From NCBI GenBank assembly GCA_048571215.1, contig CP182352.1, positions 736,001 to 800,000 on the forward strand: a DNA stretch of 64,000 nucleotides, given 5' to 3'. A model generated the notes under the pieces. The model made no database searches. It saw only the letters and a program-made list of their open reading frames with translations, and was not told the origin of the DNA. This DNA is from Halarcobacter sp. (GTDB lineage: Bacteria; Campylobacterota; Campylobacteria; Campylobacterales; Arcobacteraceae). Shown here in pieces: positions 39,579-49,094 of the stretch. Positions within the stretch are counted from its first letter, which is position 1. Each line of letters begins with the position of its first letter. A program made the position numbers and the translations under genes.

Positions 39579-40229
39579 GTGAATTTTACTGCTGTTTTTG
39601 ATAATCTTGGATTTTTATTAGAGGCTTCATACCTTACTATATATTTATCTTTTATCTCTTTTCTTATTGCTCTTTTTTTAGGGCTTATTATAGGCACAAT
39701 AAGGAGTTTTAAAACCAATTGGTTTTTAAGCTCACTTATTACTTGTTATATAGAAATTTTTAGGGGTACACCTTTATTAATTCAACTTTTTTTTATCTAT
39801 TATGGATTACCACAAATCGGAATAGCAATGTCAAGTCATCAAGCGGCAATAATTGGTCTATCTTTAAATTTTGCAGCATACATTGCAGAGATAGTTAGAT
39901 CAGGTATTCAAGCTATTGATAAGGGACAATATGAAGCAGCAGAATCATTAGGATTGAGTAAGCTTCAAATGCTTATATTTATAATATATCCCCAAGCATT
40001 AAGGATAGTTTTACCCTCTATTACAAATACCTATGCTTCAATTTTAAAAGATAGTTCTTTAGTATCAGTTCTATCAATTACTGAACTTACAAGGGCAGGA
40101 CAATTAATATATGTAAGAACCTATGAACCCTTTGAAATTTATTTAACTTTAGGAGTTTTTTATTTTATAATGACTTATGTCGTTGCACTTCTTTCAAGAT
40201 ATATTGAAAAAAGAATCCAATTTTTTTAA
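39579..40229 (+). CDS. Polar amino-acid ABC transporter permease
   Basis: FRGTPLLIQL, AYIAEIVRSGI, GQYEAA EAA loop, KDSSL. Confidence 0.92.
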   Translation: MNFTAVFDNLGFLLEASYLTIYLSFISFLIALFLGLIIGTIRSFKTNWFLSSLITCYIEIFRGTPLLIQLFFIYYGLPQIGIAMSSHQAAIIGLSLNFAAYIAEIVRSGIQAIDKGQYEAAESLGLSKLQMLIFIIYPQALRIVLPSITNTYASILKDSSLVSVLSITELTRAGQLIYVRTYEPFEIYLTLGVFYFIMTYVVALLSRYIEKRIQFF

Positions 40230-40342
40230 ATCTAAATATTTTTTATTTCTTTACAATACTAAGTAAAAAAAAAATTTAGTTTTATATATGGCATTAATCT
40301 GCTATATTTACAATGTTAAAATAGATTTTAAAAGGATGAGAG

Positions 40343-40891
40343 ATGTTATATAAGATTTTATTGATTTTTTCACTTATCTTAACTTCATCATTTGCAAAGG
40401 AGAATAGTGTGAGTATTTATGATTTTAAAGTTAAAAATATAGATGGACAAGAGATCTCTTTGGAAAAGTATAAAGGTAAGGTACTTTTAATTGTAAATGT
40501 TGCAAGCAAATGTGGTTTTACCCCTCAATATGAGGGTTTAGAAAAGCTTTATAAAAAGTATAAAGATAAAGAGTTTATGATATTAGGTTTCCCTTCAAAT
40601 CAGTTTTCAAATCAAGAACCAGGTACAAACAAAGAGATAAAACAGTTTTGTAGTTTAACTTATGGAGTTGACTTTGATATGTTTGCAAAGGTTGATGTAA
40701 ATGGTGAAAATGAGATACCACTTTATACTTATTTAAAAAAAGAGGCAAGTGGTGTATTGGGAACTGAAAGTATTAAATGGAATTTTACTAAGTTTTTAGT
40801 TGATAAAAATGGTAAGGTGATAGATAGATTTGGTTCAATTACAGAGCCAAAAGATATAGAACCAAAGATAGTTGAGCTTTTAGAGCTTTAA
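40343..40891 (+). CDS. Glutathione peroxidase (Cys-type) with signal peptide
   Basis: VNVASKCG, LGFPSNQF..QEPG, KWNFTKFL. Confidence 0.93.
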   Translation: MLYKILLIFSLILTSSFAKENSVSIYDFKVKNIDGQEISLEKYKGKVLLIVNVASKCGFTPQYEGLEKLYKKYKDKEFMILGFPSNQFSNQEPGTNKEIKQFCSLTYGVDFDMFAKVDVNGENEIPLYTYLKKEASGVLGTESIKWNFTKFLVDKNGKVIDRFGSITEPKDIEPKIVELLEL

Positions 40892-40943
40892 AGGATAGTT
40901 TATAGAAAGTTTTATAAATGTAATTGTTGAGTCATTAAAGATA

Positions 40944-41513
40944 ATGACAACCTGGGAAGCAATAGCAATGATTTTGGCTATTGCTTATTTGTTATTAGCT
41001 ATTAAGCAAAATCTATGGTGTTGGCTTGCTGCTTTTTTATCTACACTTATTTATACTATTATCTTTTTTGATGTTTCACTACTAATGGATAGTGCTTTAA
41101 ATTTTTATTATCTTATTATGGCAGTATATGGTTGGTATTCTTGGAAATATGGTGGAAAAAATCAGCAAAAAGAGTTAGAAGTTAGCACTTATGGAGTTTT
41201 GAAAAATATAAAGGTGATAATTGTCTTATCAATCATATCTAGTATCTTAGGTTATATAATGGCTAATTATACTAGCGCTGATTTTGCATATATTGATTCT
41301 TTTACAACTGTATTTGCAATATTTGGAACATATATGTTAGCTAAAAAGGTTTTAGAAAATTGGATTTACTGGATTGTTATTGATTTAATATCTATTTATA
41401 TCTATATTCAAAAAGGATTAGATTTAACAGCAATTTTATTTGCAATTTATACTGTATTGGCTTTTGTAGCTTATAAAAACTGGAAAGAAGAATATGCAAA
41501 TTCAAAAGCTTAG
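40944..41513 (+). CDS. pnuC: PnuC-family vitamin transporter
   Basis: YGWYSW, DSFTT, KKVLENWIYWIVID. Confidence 0.88.
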   Translation: MTTWEAIAMILAIAYLLLAIKQNLWCWLAAFLSTLIYTIIFFDVSLLMDSALNFYYLIMAVYGWYSWKYGGKNQQKELEVSTYGVLKNIKVIIVLSIISSILGYIMANYTSADFAYIDSFTTVFAIFGTYMLAKKVLENWIYWIVIDLISIYIYIQKGLDLTAILFAIYTVLAFVAYKNWKEEYANSKA

Positions 41514-42252
41514 AAGCTTGGATTTTTTTAAAAACAAGAAAATAAAAAGTCTTAAAAAATTGAAAAACCAAGGATATTGCAATATAAACTATAAACTAAA
41601 TACTACAAATAAATCTTATTTAGTGCGTGTCTTTAAAAAGGATACAACAGTAAATATAAGTAGAGAGTTTGAGTATAAAATCCAAAAAAAAGCTTGGAAA
41701 AAATCGATTGCATCCAAACCTTTATATTTGGATAAAGAAAAAACTTTTATGATAACTAGTTTTCTAAAAGGTGTTCATAAATATAAACTAACAAAAAGTG
41801 AACTTAAAAAACTTATTAAAAATATCAAAAAACTTCACAAGATAAAAAGTGAAGTTAAGCCCTATGATATAAAAAAAGATTTCAAAAACTATGCCCTTTG
41901 TCTAAAAGATGAGAGTTCAAAAAAGATTATTAAAGAGTCTTTAAAAGAGTTAAAAAAGATAAAGAGATACAAAAAAACAAAGGTAACTACCCACCATGAT
42001 TTAAATCCTAGAAATATTATTTTTTATAAAAATAGTATAAAATTTATTGACTGGGAATATGTAGGGGTAAATGACTGTTTTTTTGATTTAGCTACAATCT
42101 GTGTTGAGTTTAAACTAAATAAAAAGATGCGAGATTTAGTTTTAAAAAGTTATTTCAATAAGATAAAAAAAGAGTATAAAAACTCTTTAGATAGTTATAT
42201 GAAAATATATGAAAACCTATGCATCCTTTGGTTTAAAACTCTAAAGTTATGA
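41494..42252 (+). CDS. Choline/thiamine-kinase-like phosphotransferase
   Basis: GYCNINY, HHDLNPRN Brenner motif, FIDWEY, FDLA; coupled to PnuC. Confidence 0.82.
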   Translation: MQIQKLRSLDFFKNKKIKSLKKLKNQGYCNINYKLNTTNKSYLVRVFKKDTTVNISREFEYKIQKKAWKKSIASKPLYLDKEKTFMITSFLKGVHKYKLTKSELKKLIKNIKKLHKIKSEVKPYDIKKDFKNYALCLKDESSKKIIKESLKELKKIKRYKKTKVTTHHDLNPRNIIFYKNSIKFIDWEYVGVNDCFFDLATICVEFKLNKKMRDLVLKSYFNKIKKEYKNSLDSYMKIYENLCILWFKTLKL

Positions 42253-42365
42253 GTTAAATCGTAGCAAGATTCTAATTCCTAGATAAAATTTATTATTTTG
42301 ATTCTATAAAAGAATAAAAAATGCATCTAATAATTCTAAATATAATTTAAAGCAGAGGGAATTAG

Positions 42366-42968
42366 ATGGTTTTAGATATGAATATAAAACTTGATGGGAT
42401 AGATGAAGATTTTTTAGAGGATTTAGATGAACTTATAGAAGATACTAGAGTTGAGTATTTTATTATAAATCCTAAAACAAAAGAGCAATTAGATAGAACC
42501 TTAGAGATTTGCTCTGAATATGAAAGATTTAGATATACACTTCCAATAGAATTTAAAGAGTTTAAAACAAATAGTTGTGTAGCTTATAGTATATCAAAAC
42601 CAAGCCAAGTAGACTTATTAGAAGATATGCCTTTGGTTATAAGTTCTAAGAGTTTAAGTGATGAGTTTATAGATTTATTAAACGACAAAGAGATAAAAGG
42701 GGTTGTATTAGATGCTAAACAAAGTGATAATAAACTTAAAAACTTTGCCTATGCAGTTTCTCATAACTCTTTTAAACATTGGACAAAAAAAGGGATGACT
42801 GATACAGATTATAATAAACTTGCTCTACAAAGTGATTATCCAAATTTTAGTTATGATGAACTTTTTGATGTTTTGTTAAAAGATATGTCAGATTTGACTT
42901 TTAGAGCAGAGCAATCAATAGCTTCAGGTGGTACAAGAACAGTTCTAAAAACTTTTGGACTTTTATAA
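42366..42968 (+). CDS. Hypothetical protein, degenerate TatD-like fold
   Basis: MVLDMNIKLD and LALQSDYP resemble TatD IDTHCHLD and LLETDAP without metal ligands. Confidence 0.45.
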   Translation: MVLDMNIKLDGIDEDFLEDLDELIEDTRVEYFIINPKTKEQLDRTLEICSEYERFRYTLPIEFKEFKTNSCVAYSISKPSQVDLLEDMPLVISSKSLSDEFIDLLNDKEIKGVVLDAKQSDNKLKNFAYAVSHNSFKHWTKKGMTDTDYNKLALQSDYPNFSYDELFDVLLKDMSDLTFRAEQSIASGGTRTVLKTFGLL

Positions 42969-42983
42969 TTTCCAAAAGTTTTT
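42947..42983. terminator. Bidirectional terminator hairpin
   Basis: aaaaacttttgga-N11-tccaaaagttttt between convergent genes. Confidence 0.6.
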
Positions 42984-42988
42984 ATCTT

Positions 42989-44374
42989 TTATTTTAAGTT
43001 AGTAAAAATATCATTTATATCTTTTTCAGATAACTTTGATAACAAAGCTTTTTTCCAAATGGGATTTTCTATTTTATTTATAGGAGTAAATTTATAATCC
43101 CCTTTATAAAGGTTTATCTTCGGGCTGTTTGGTTTATAATCAAAGATTATAGGTGGTTTTGTTTTATCGAAATAGTATGCTAAAACTATATTTTCATTTA
43201 TTTTTTTATTTTTTATTTTTAGGGAAGTGTTTTTTTTGATAATTTTAAATTTTGTATTATCAAAACCTAGTTTAGAAAGTATTAGTAGTTTAAGTAAAGC
43301 AAATTCTTCCGTATCTCCAGCTCCTGTACCAATAAATTCTAAAGGAGTAGCCCAATAATTATTTTTATTCCAATGTACCTTATCTTCTAAAAAGTATATT
43401 TTATTTACTAGCAAATTTGTAGCTCGTAATTTATTTGCTGGTTTAGGTAGAGCATTTATTTTATCAAGATATTTGTTTATATAGTTAAATCTAAACAAAG
43501 CTCTATTTCCATATCTTCTAGTATATAAATCCAAGGTTTTTCTAGGAAGTTTTATTGTTGTACCAGTTTTAAGGATATTCTTTTGAATCTTTTTATTATC
43601 TTTTGGTTTTATTCCTTTTGATAATAAATAGTTTCTAATATTTTCTAATTCAGATGAATTTTTCTTAACTATAACTATGGTATTTACACTGTATGTTTTT
43701 ATATCTTTATCTAGAAAAGCATAATCTTTTTTAGAGAGTGTATCTATTTTAATATCAGGATTATCTTTAATTGGAATATTTGATTCAAGAAGTCTAAGGT
43801 TTTTATATTTTGACAAGAGCTTTGATGGTGCTTTTGTTACATAAAATACTGCGTCAATTTTATTCTTAGATAATAAATCTAAACCTTTTTCTATACTTGT
43901 ATTAACAACTTCTCCAAAATTTATTTTATATTGTTCTTCAACAAATGTAGCAGTAACACTACTACCACTTTTTTTACTTCCATAACTTACTTTTTTACCA
44001 TCTAATTGTTTTATTGACTTGATTTTAGAATTTTTATTTACTAATATATGTAGATGTTCAGTATATAAATATCCTACAATATCAACTAAATCGTATTTAT
44101 TTAGATTATCAATTTGATAAATAATATCTAACATTGATAAGGCATCTTCTTGAACTAAGGCTATGTCAGCTTTACCATCTGCAACCAAAAGCATATTTTC
44201 AACGGAACCAGATGTTTTTAAAAGTTTGGCTTTGTTTTTATAAACTTTTGAATTTATCTCTTTGCCTATCTTATAATAGTTACCAGTATCTTCACCAGTT
44301 GCAATAGTTACATCATTTGAGTAAACAATTGAAACAATAAAGATTAGTAGTGTAAGTAAGTGTTTCATTTTCAA
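42989..44374 (-). CDS. TAXI-type solute-binding domain fused to an inactive LapG-like (BTLCP) domain
   Basis: IATG..TGNYY, TSGSVEN, LYTEHLHI, KSGS (TAXI); ED..HW...NYWATPLEF...GAGDTEEFALLK (BTLCP). Confidence 0.78.
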   Translation of the reverse strand: MKMKHLLTLLIFIVSIVYSNDVTIATGEDTGNYYKIGKEINSKVYKNKAKLLKTSGSVENMLLVADGKADIALVQEDALSMLDIIYQIDNLNKYDLVDIVGYLYTEHLHILVNKNSKIKSIKQLDGKKVSYGSKKSGSSVTATFVEEQYKINFGEVVNTSIEKGLDLLSKNKIDAVFYVTKAPSKLLSKYKNLRLLESNIPIKDNPDIKIDTLSKKDYAFLDKDIKTYSVNTIVIVKKNSSELENIRNYLLSKGIKPKDNKKIQKNILKTGTTIKLPRKTLDLYTRRYGNRALFRFNYINKYLDKINALPKPANKLRATNLLVNKIYFLEDKVHWNKNNYWATPLEFIGTGAGDTEEFALLKLLILSKLGFDNTKFKIIKKNTSLKIKNKKINENIVLAYYFDKTKPPIIFDYKPNSPKINLYKGDYKFTPINKIENPIWKKALLSKLSEKDINDIFTNLK

Positions 44375-44486
44375 TCCTTTAATTTATAATTATAGTTTAA
44401 TCTATATTAAATAAAAACTTACTTTATTATTTTGTAACATTTATTTTAATATTTTCTAACATTAAAGTTTATTAATAGTAAAATAA

Positions 44487-47400
44487 GTGATGAAAAAAAT
44501 AGTTAGATTTTTATTACTTTTTACCTATTTTAGTAGTTTTTTATGTGCTTCAAGTGTAAATTTTACAGATAAAGAAAAAGAATATATTAAAAACTCTCCA
44601 AAGGTAAAAATAGGTTCAATGGATACTTATATCCCTTTTAGTTTTATTAAAAATGGAAAAAAAGTAGGATTCACCCAAGATTTGATATCTGTTATATCTG
44701 AAAAAAGTGGTTTGAAATTTGAAGTGGTAGACGGAAATTGGACAAAACTTTATAACTTATTTATTGATTCTAAAATAGATGTAATCTCAGAGTTCTCTTA
44801 TAAAAAAAATAGACTTTCCTTTACAAATTATACTGACCCATATTATGAAATACCAATAGGTGTATTTACAAGAAGTGATTTTAAAAGTTATACGGGAATT
44901 GAAAGTTTAAAAAACAAAAAAGTTGGAGTGGTTAAAAACTCATATATAGAAGATATCTTAAAAAAAGAGAATATAAAGGTTGTTGAGTTTAATAGCTCAA
45001 ATGAAAGATTTTATGCCTTAAATGAAAAAAAAGTTGATGTTGTTTTAGCTAATGTGATGACAATTTATAAGCTTGAAAACTTGATGCTTCCAAATATAAA
45101 ACTTGCAGGTAGATTTGTTCATCCAGATGCAAAAAGTGAAGATCTAAGATTTGGTATAAGAAAAGATAAACCAATTTTAGCTTCTATTATAAATAAAACA
45201 TTAAATTCAATACCATTTTCAAAAATCAGTCAAATAAAACAAGATTGGATTTTAAGTTTAAATAATCAAAATATAGAGATTGATTTAAGTAAAAAAGAGA
45301 AAAAGTGGATTAGTGAAAATAAAATAAAAGTTGGAATAGAACAAGCTAAGCCATATATATATTATGACAATAAAAAAGAAAAATATAGTGGTTTATATTT
45401 TGATATTTTACAAAAGGTTTTGGAAAAAACTGGTTTAAAAGTAGAGTATACTCATGCAAAATGGTCTGAACTTCTAAATCAGTTCAAAGAAAAAAAGCTA
45501 GATCTTCTCCCTGCAACTTTTTATTCAAAACAGCGGGAAAAATTTGGACTTTTTAGTGATGAATATTATAAAGTAAGAGAATATATTTATATATCACAAG
45601 ATAATAATGAAATAAATAATTTTAAAGATTTAGAGGGTAAAAAAGTTGCCATAATTAAAGGATATGCAACAATAGACAAAATAAAAAAGAGATTTCCAAA
45701 TATCAATATAATAGAAACTTCAGGTTTAGATGAGTCCACTAGTAAAGTTTTAAATAAAGAGGTTGATGCTTTGATAGATTATCATTTGGTTGTAGATAAT
45801 TATATTAGAGATAATTCAATTGTTGGTTTAAAAGATATTGCACAAAATGATTTAGATGCAGTATCTGTACATTTCCTTTCAAATATAGATAAACCTATAC
45901 TTCAATCAATTTTGCAAAAGGGTTTAAATAGTATATCAAGACAAGAGATGAATGAGGTACTAAAAAAGTGGGTACAAACTCCATATAATAGTGAAGATAA
46001 AAAAGATTTACTTACTGAAAATGAAAAAGAGTTTATTATAAGACATCAAAAAATTAGATTTGGAATCACTTCAGATCGTCCACCTTTTGAGTTTGAACAA
46101 AATGGAAAAGCAGTTGGTATTGCTATTGATTATATTAAAATAAGTGCAAAAAATGTTGGTCTTGATATAGAATTTATTATTAATAAAATGCCTATAAGTA
46201 AAGCTTATGATAGTATTGAAAACAATTTAAATAATTTTGATACTATCCCTTTTAGTGTAAAAAGCAAAAAAAGAATAAGTAGGTTTTCTTATGGTAAATC
46301 TTATCTTTCTTATCCTATGATGATTATAAAACATAAAGATTCTTCATATATTGGTTCTTTGAAAGATTTAGAAAATAAAACTATTGTTTTAGAAGATAAA
46401 TATCTAACAAATAAATGGATAAAAAGAGATTATCCAAATATTAAAATTGTAAATGTAAAAAATACAAAAGAGGCTTTAATTTATTTAAATGAAGGTAAAG
46501 TTGATGCATATGTTGGAAATTTAGCAGTTGCAAATTATATGAGTATTTTTGGTGGTTTAGAAAATATAAAAGTCGCTGCTCCTTCAGGTTATGGAAATAT
46601 TAAATACAATTTTGTTGCACCAAAAGAGTGGCCTGAACTTGCTAGTATTCTTTCAAAAGGATTTGATCAAATCTCCCAATCAGAACATAGTGCAATTCAA
46701 CAAAAATGGTTCTCTTTACAAACTGTTGAAAAGATAGACTATTCACTTATTTGGAAAATTGTATTTATTTCATTGTTTATAATCATATGGATTTTATGGT
46801 GGAATAGAAAAATAACAATAGAAAAAAATAGAACAAAAGATGCCTTAGATCAATTGCAACTAGCAAAATCTAAATTAGAACAAAAAAATATTGAGGTTCA
46901 AGAGTCTAAAGATTTTCTTTCATCTGTTATAGATGAAAGTCCAGACCTTATAGTTTTAAAAAATATAGAAGGGAAGTTTTTATTGGTAAATAAAGCTTTT
47001 GCAAAACTTTTTAATTGTTCAACTTTAGAGATAATAGGAAAATATGATAGTGATTTTGATGATAAAAGAGAGTTAATAGATTTTTTCAATAAAGAGATTA
47101 ATGAAACTTTTGCCAAACAAGAAACAAAAGTTAAAAATGAAGTGTTTAAAGATAATCTTAATGGTGAGCTAAAACATTATATTACTACAAAAAAACCTTT
47201 TATCAGTGAAAATGGTGAAAATTTAATTCTAATTATTGTTCATGATATAACTATTATAAAAAAATTAGAAGATGAGCAATTAAAACAGCAAGAGTTATTG
47301 TTAAATCAGTCAAAAATTGCAGCAATGGGAGAGATGTTAGGCAATATATCCCATCAGTGGAGACAGCCACTATCTGTTATAACAACACAGGTATCATCTA

Positions 47401-48035
47401 TAAATGTTTGGATAGATTTAGGGATGGATGTAAGTTTAGAAAAAATTAAAGAATACAATAAAAATGTAATCAAACAAGCAAACTATTTATCTAAAACAAT
47501 TGATGATTTTAGAAATTTTTTTATATCTGATTCTACAACAAAACAAATATATAATTTGAAAGAAGTATTTATAAAAGTTGAAGATTTGATTAGTATCCCT
47601 TTTGAAAACAATTTTATTGAAACTTTTATAGATGTTGATGATGATATTGAGGTTGAGTTAAATGAAAATATACTTATTCAAGCATTGATTAATATTTACA
47701 ATAATACAAAAGATGCTTTTGTAGAAAAAAATATTGATACTGATGATAGATTCTTTTTTGTAACAATAAAAAAAGAAAATAATGAATCAGTTATCACTTT
47801 TAAAGATAGTGCAGGGGGAATAAAAGAGGATAGTATCGATAAAATTTTTGAACCATATTTTACAACAAAACACCAATCTATTGGAACAGGAATTGGTTTG
47901 TATATGACTAATCAAATTGTTGTAAAACATTTAAAAGGAACTATTGAAGCTATTAATGAAGTATATGAATTCAATAATAAAAGTTACAAAGGAGCAAAAT
48001 TTATAATGAGATTGCCTCTAGCAAATAGTTTTTAA
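44487..48035 (+). CDS. Sensor histidine kinase with three SBP_bac_3 domains and PAS
   Basis: Three PBPb repeats, TM, PAS, NISHQWRQPL, DSAGG, FTTK, GTGIGL. Confidence 0.92.
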   Translation: MMKKIVRFLLLFTYFSSFLCASSVNFTDKEKEYIKNSPKVKIGSMDTYIPFSFIKNGKKVGFTQDLISVISEKSGLKFEVVDGNWTKLYNLFIDSKIDVISEFSYKKNRLSFTNYTDPYYEIPIGVFTRSDFKSYTGIESLKNKKVGVVKNSYIEDILKKENIKVVEFNSSNERFYALNEKKVDVVLANVMTIYKLENLMLPNIKLAGRFVHPDAKSEDLRFGIRKDKPILASIINKTLNSIPFSKISQIKQDWILSLNNQNIEIDLSKKEKKWISENKIKVGIEQAKPYIYYDNKKEKYSGLYFDILQKVLEKTGLKVEYTHAKWSELLNQFKEKKLDLLPATFYSKQREKFGLFSDEYYKVREYIYISQDNNEINNFKDLEGKKVAIIKGYATIDKIKKRFPNINIIETSGLDESTSKVLNKEVDALIDYHLVVDNYIRDNSIVGLKDIAQNDLDAVSVHFLSNIDKPILQSILQKGLNSISRQEMNEVLKKWVQTPYNSEDKKDLLTENEKEFIIRHQKIRFGITSDRPPFEFEQNGKAVGIAIDYIKISAKNVGLDIEFIINKMPISKAYDSIENNLNNFDTIPFSVKSKKRISRFSYGKSYLSYPMMIIKHKDSSYIGSLKDLENKTIVLEDKYLTNKWIKRDYPNIKIVNVKNTKEALIYLNEGKVDAYVGNLAVANYMSIFGGLENIKVAAPSGYGNIKYNFVAPKEWPELASILSKGFDQISQSEHSAIQQKWFSLQTVEKIDYSLIWKIVFISLFIIIWILWWNRKITIEKNRTKDALDQLQLAKSKLEQKNIEVQESKDFLSSVIDESPDLIVLKNIEGKFLLVNKAFAKLFNCSTLEIIGKYDSDFDDKRELIDFFNKEINETFAKQETKVKNEVFKDNLNGELKHYITTKKPFISENGENLILIIVHDITIIKKLEDEQLKQQELLLNQSKIAAMGEMLGNISHQWRQPLSVITTQVSSINVWIDLGMDVSLEKIKEYNKNVIKQANYLSKTIDDFRNFFISDSTTKQIYNLKEVFIKVEDLISIPFENNFIETFIDVDDDIEVELNENILIQALINIYNNTKDAFVEKNIDTDDRFFFVTIKKENNESVITFKDSAGGIKEDSIDKIFEPYFTTKHQSIGTGIGLYMTNQIVVKHLKGTIEAINEVYEFNNKSYKGAKFIMRLPLANSF

Positions 48036-48604
48036 ATTTTTTTCACACAAATAGCTTGCTTTTTCATCTTATATATCTCATAGCTTTCATTGAAAAACTC
48101 ATCATATTCTAGTATTTTAAAACTATTATCAAAAAAGTTTTTAAGTTCATCTTTTTTTAATAAATAATCTGGATTTGATGGTGGTTTTTCATTTTCTTTA
48201 TCTTCCATATATGTTTCTATTAATAAAAGTCCATCTTTTTTTAAAGCCTTTGCTAGATGGGGAATAATTTTTCTATCTAAGTAGTTGGTTTTTACTATCA
48301 AATCATAGTTGTTCTCTTTTGGGATATATCCTTCTAAATCAACTAGCTTTGTGGTGATATTTTTATAGTTTTTTTCATCAAGGGATTTTAAAGCTACTTC
48401 TGAGATATCTAAAGCTTCAACTTCAAAACCATTTTGTGCAAGATATATTGAGTTTCTACCACTTCCACAAGCTATCTCTAAAGCTTTTTTACCTTTACAT
48501 TCTTTAATCATCTCTACAAGTTTTGGGCTTGGGTCTCTTTGTTTTAATAGTTTTGGAATATCTTTATATTTTTTATTCCATTTTATTTTATCTTCAATTG
48601 CCAT
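48032..48604 (-). CDS. Class I SAM-dependent methyltransferase (TehB-like)
   Basis: ALEIACGSGRN, LDIS, YDLI, LKKDG. Confidence 0.88.
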   Translation of the reverse strand: MAIEDKIKWNKKYKDIPKLLKQRDPSPKLVEMIKECKGKKALEIACGSGRNSIYLAQNGFEVEALDISEVALKSLDEKNYKNITTKLVDLEGYIPKENNYDLIVKTNYLDRKIIPHLAKALKKDGLLLIETYMEDKENEKPPSNPDYLLKKDELKNFFDNSFKILEYDEFFNESYEIYKMKKQAICVKKI

Positions 48605-48750
48605 TTTTACTCTTTGATTTTTTTAAATTATATTATATGTAAACTCAAATTTTTATGATACAAGAAAAACTGAAATAAAATAATTACTTTTAAATTTTCT
48701 AAACTATTAAGATTTAATGGATTAGAATTAAAATAAAAAGGGGCTATATT

Positions 48751-49083
48751 ATGGAACTTCATGGTATAACATTAGATTTTTCTGATAAGAGAACTTGTGG
48801 ATTGTTGCCTGATTTATGCCTTCAATGGGATGTTAGATATGATGATCTTGAGGATAATGAAGAGCTTTTAGAGTATTGGGAAAAACGTATTGAAAATATA
48901 TTAAAACAAACAAAAAATATTGTTTATGTGAATAACAACAATGGGAGGTCTTTAATCTATTCAGCAGATAATGATGCCATTGATATAATCTCCAAGGAGT
49001 TCAAAGATTTACAACTACAAAAAATAAAATATGAAGAGATTATTTCTTGTGAAACTTGCGTAACACATGATTATTTAGCTTAG
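48751..49083 (+). CDS. Hypothetical protein with paired Cys motifs
   Basis: CGLLPDLC and CETC; AGGGG RBS. Confidence 0.7.
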   Translation: MELHGITLDFSDKRTCGLLPDLCLQWDVRYDDLEDNEELLEYWEKRIENILKQTKNIVYVNNNNGRSLIYSADNDAIDIISKEFKDLQLQKIKYEEIISCETCVTHDYLA

Positions 49084-49094
49084 AATTTTTTTGA

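Noticed and set aside
40490..40520. Selenocysteine glutathione peroxidase
   Set aside because: Active-site codon is TGT (ASKCG)
42989..43560. LapG-like domain as the missing lasso B2 peptidase
   Set aside because: Exported, 6 kb outside the island, different transglutaminase subfamily, lacks catalytic Cys and His
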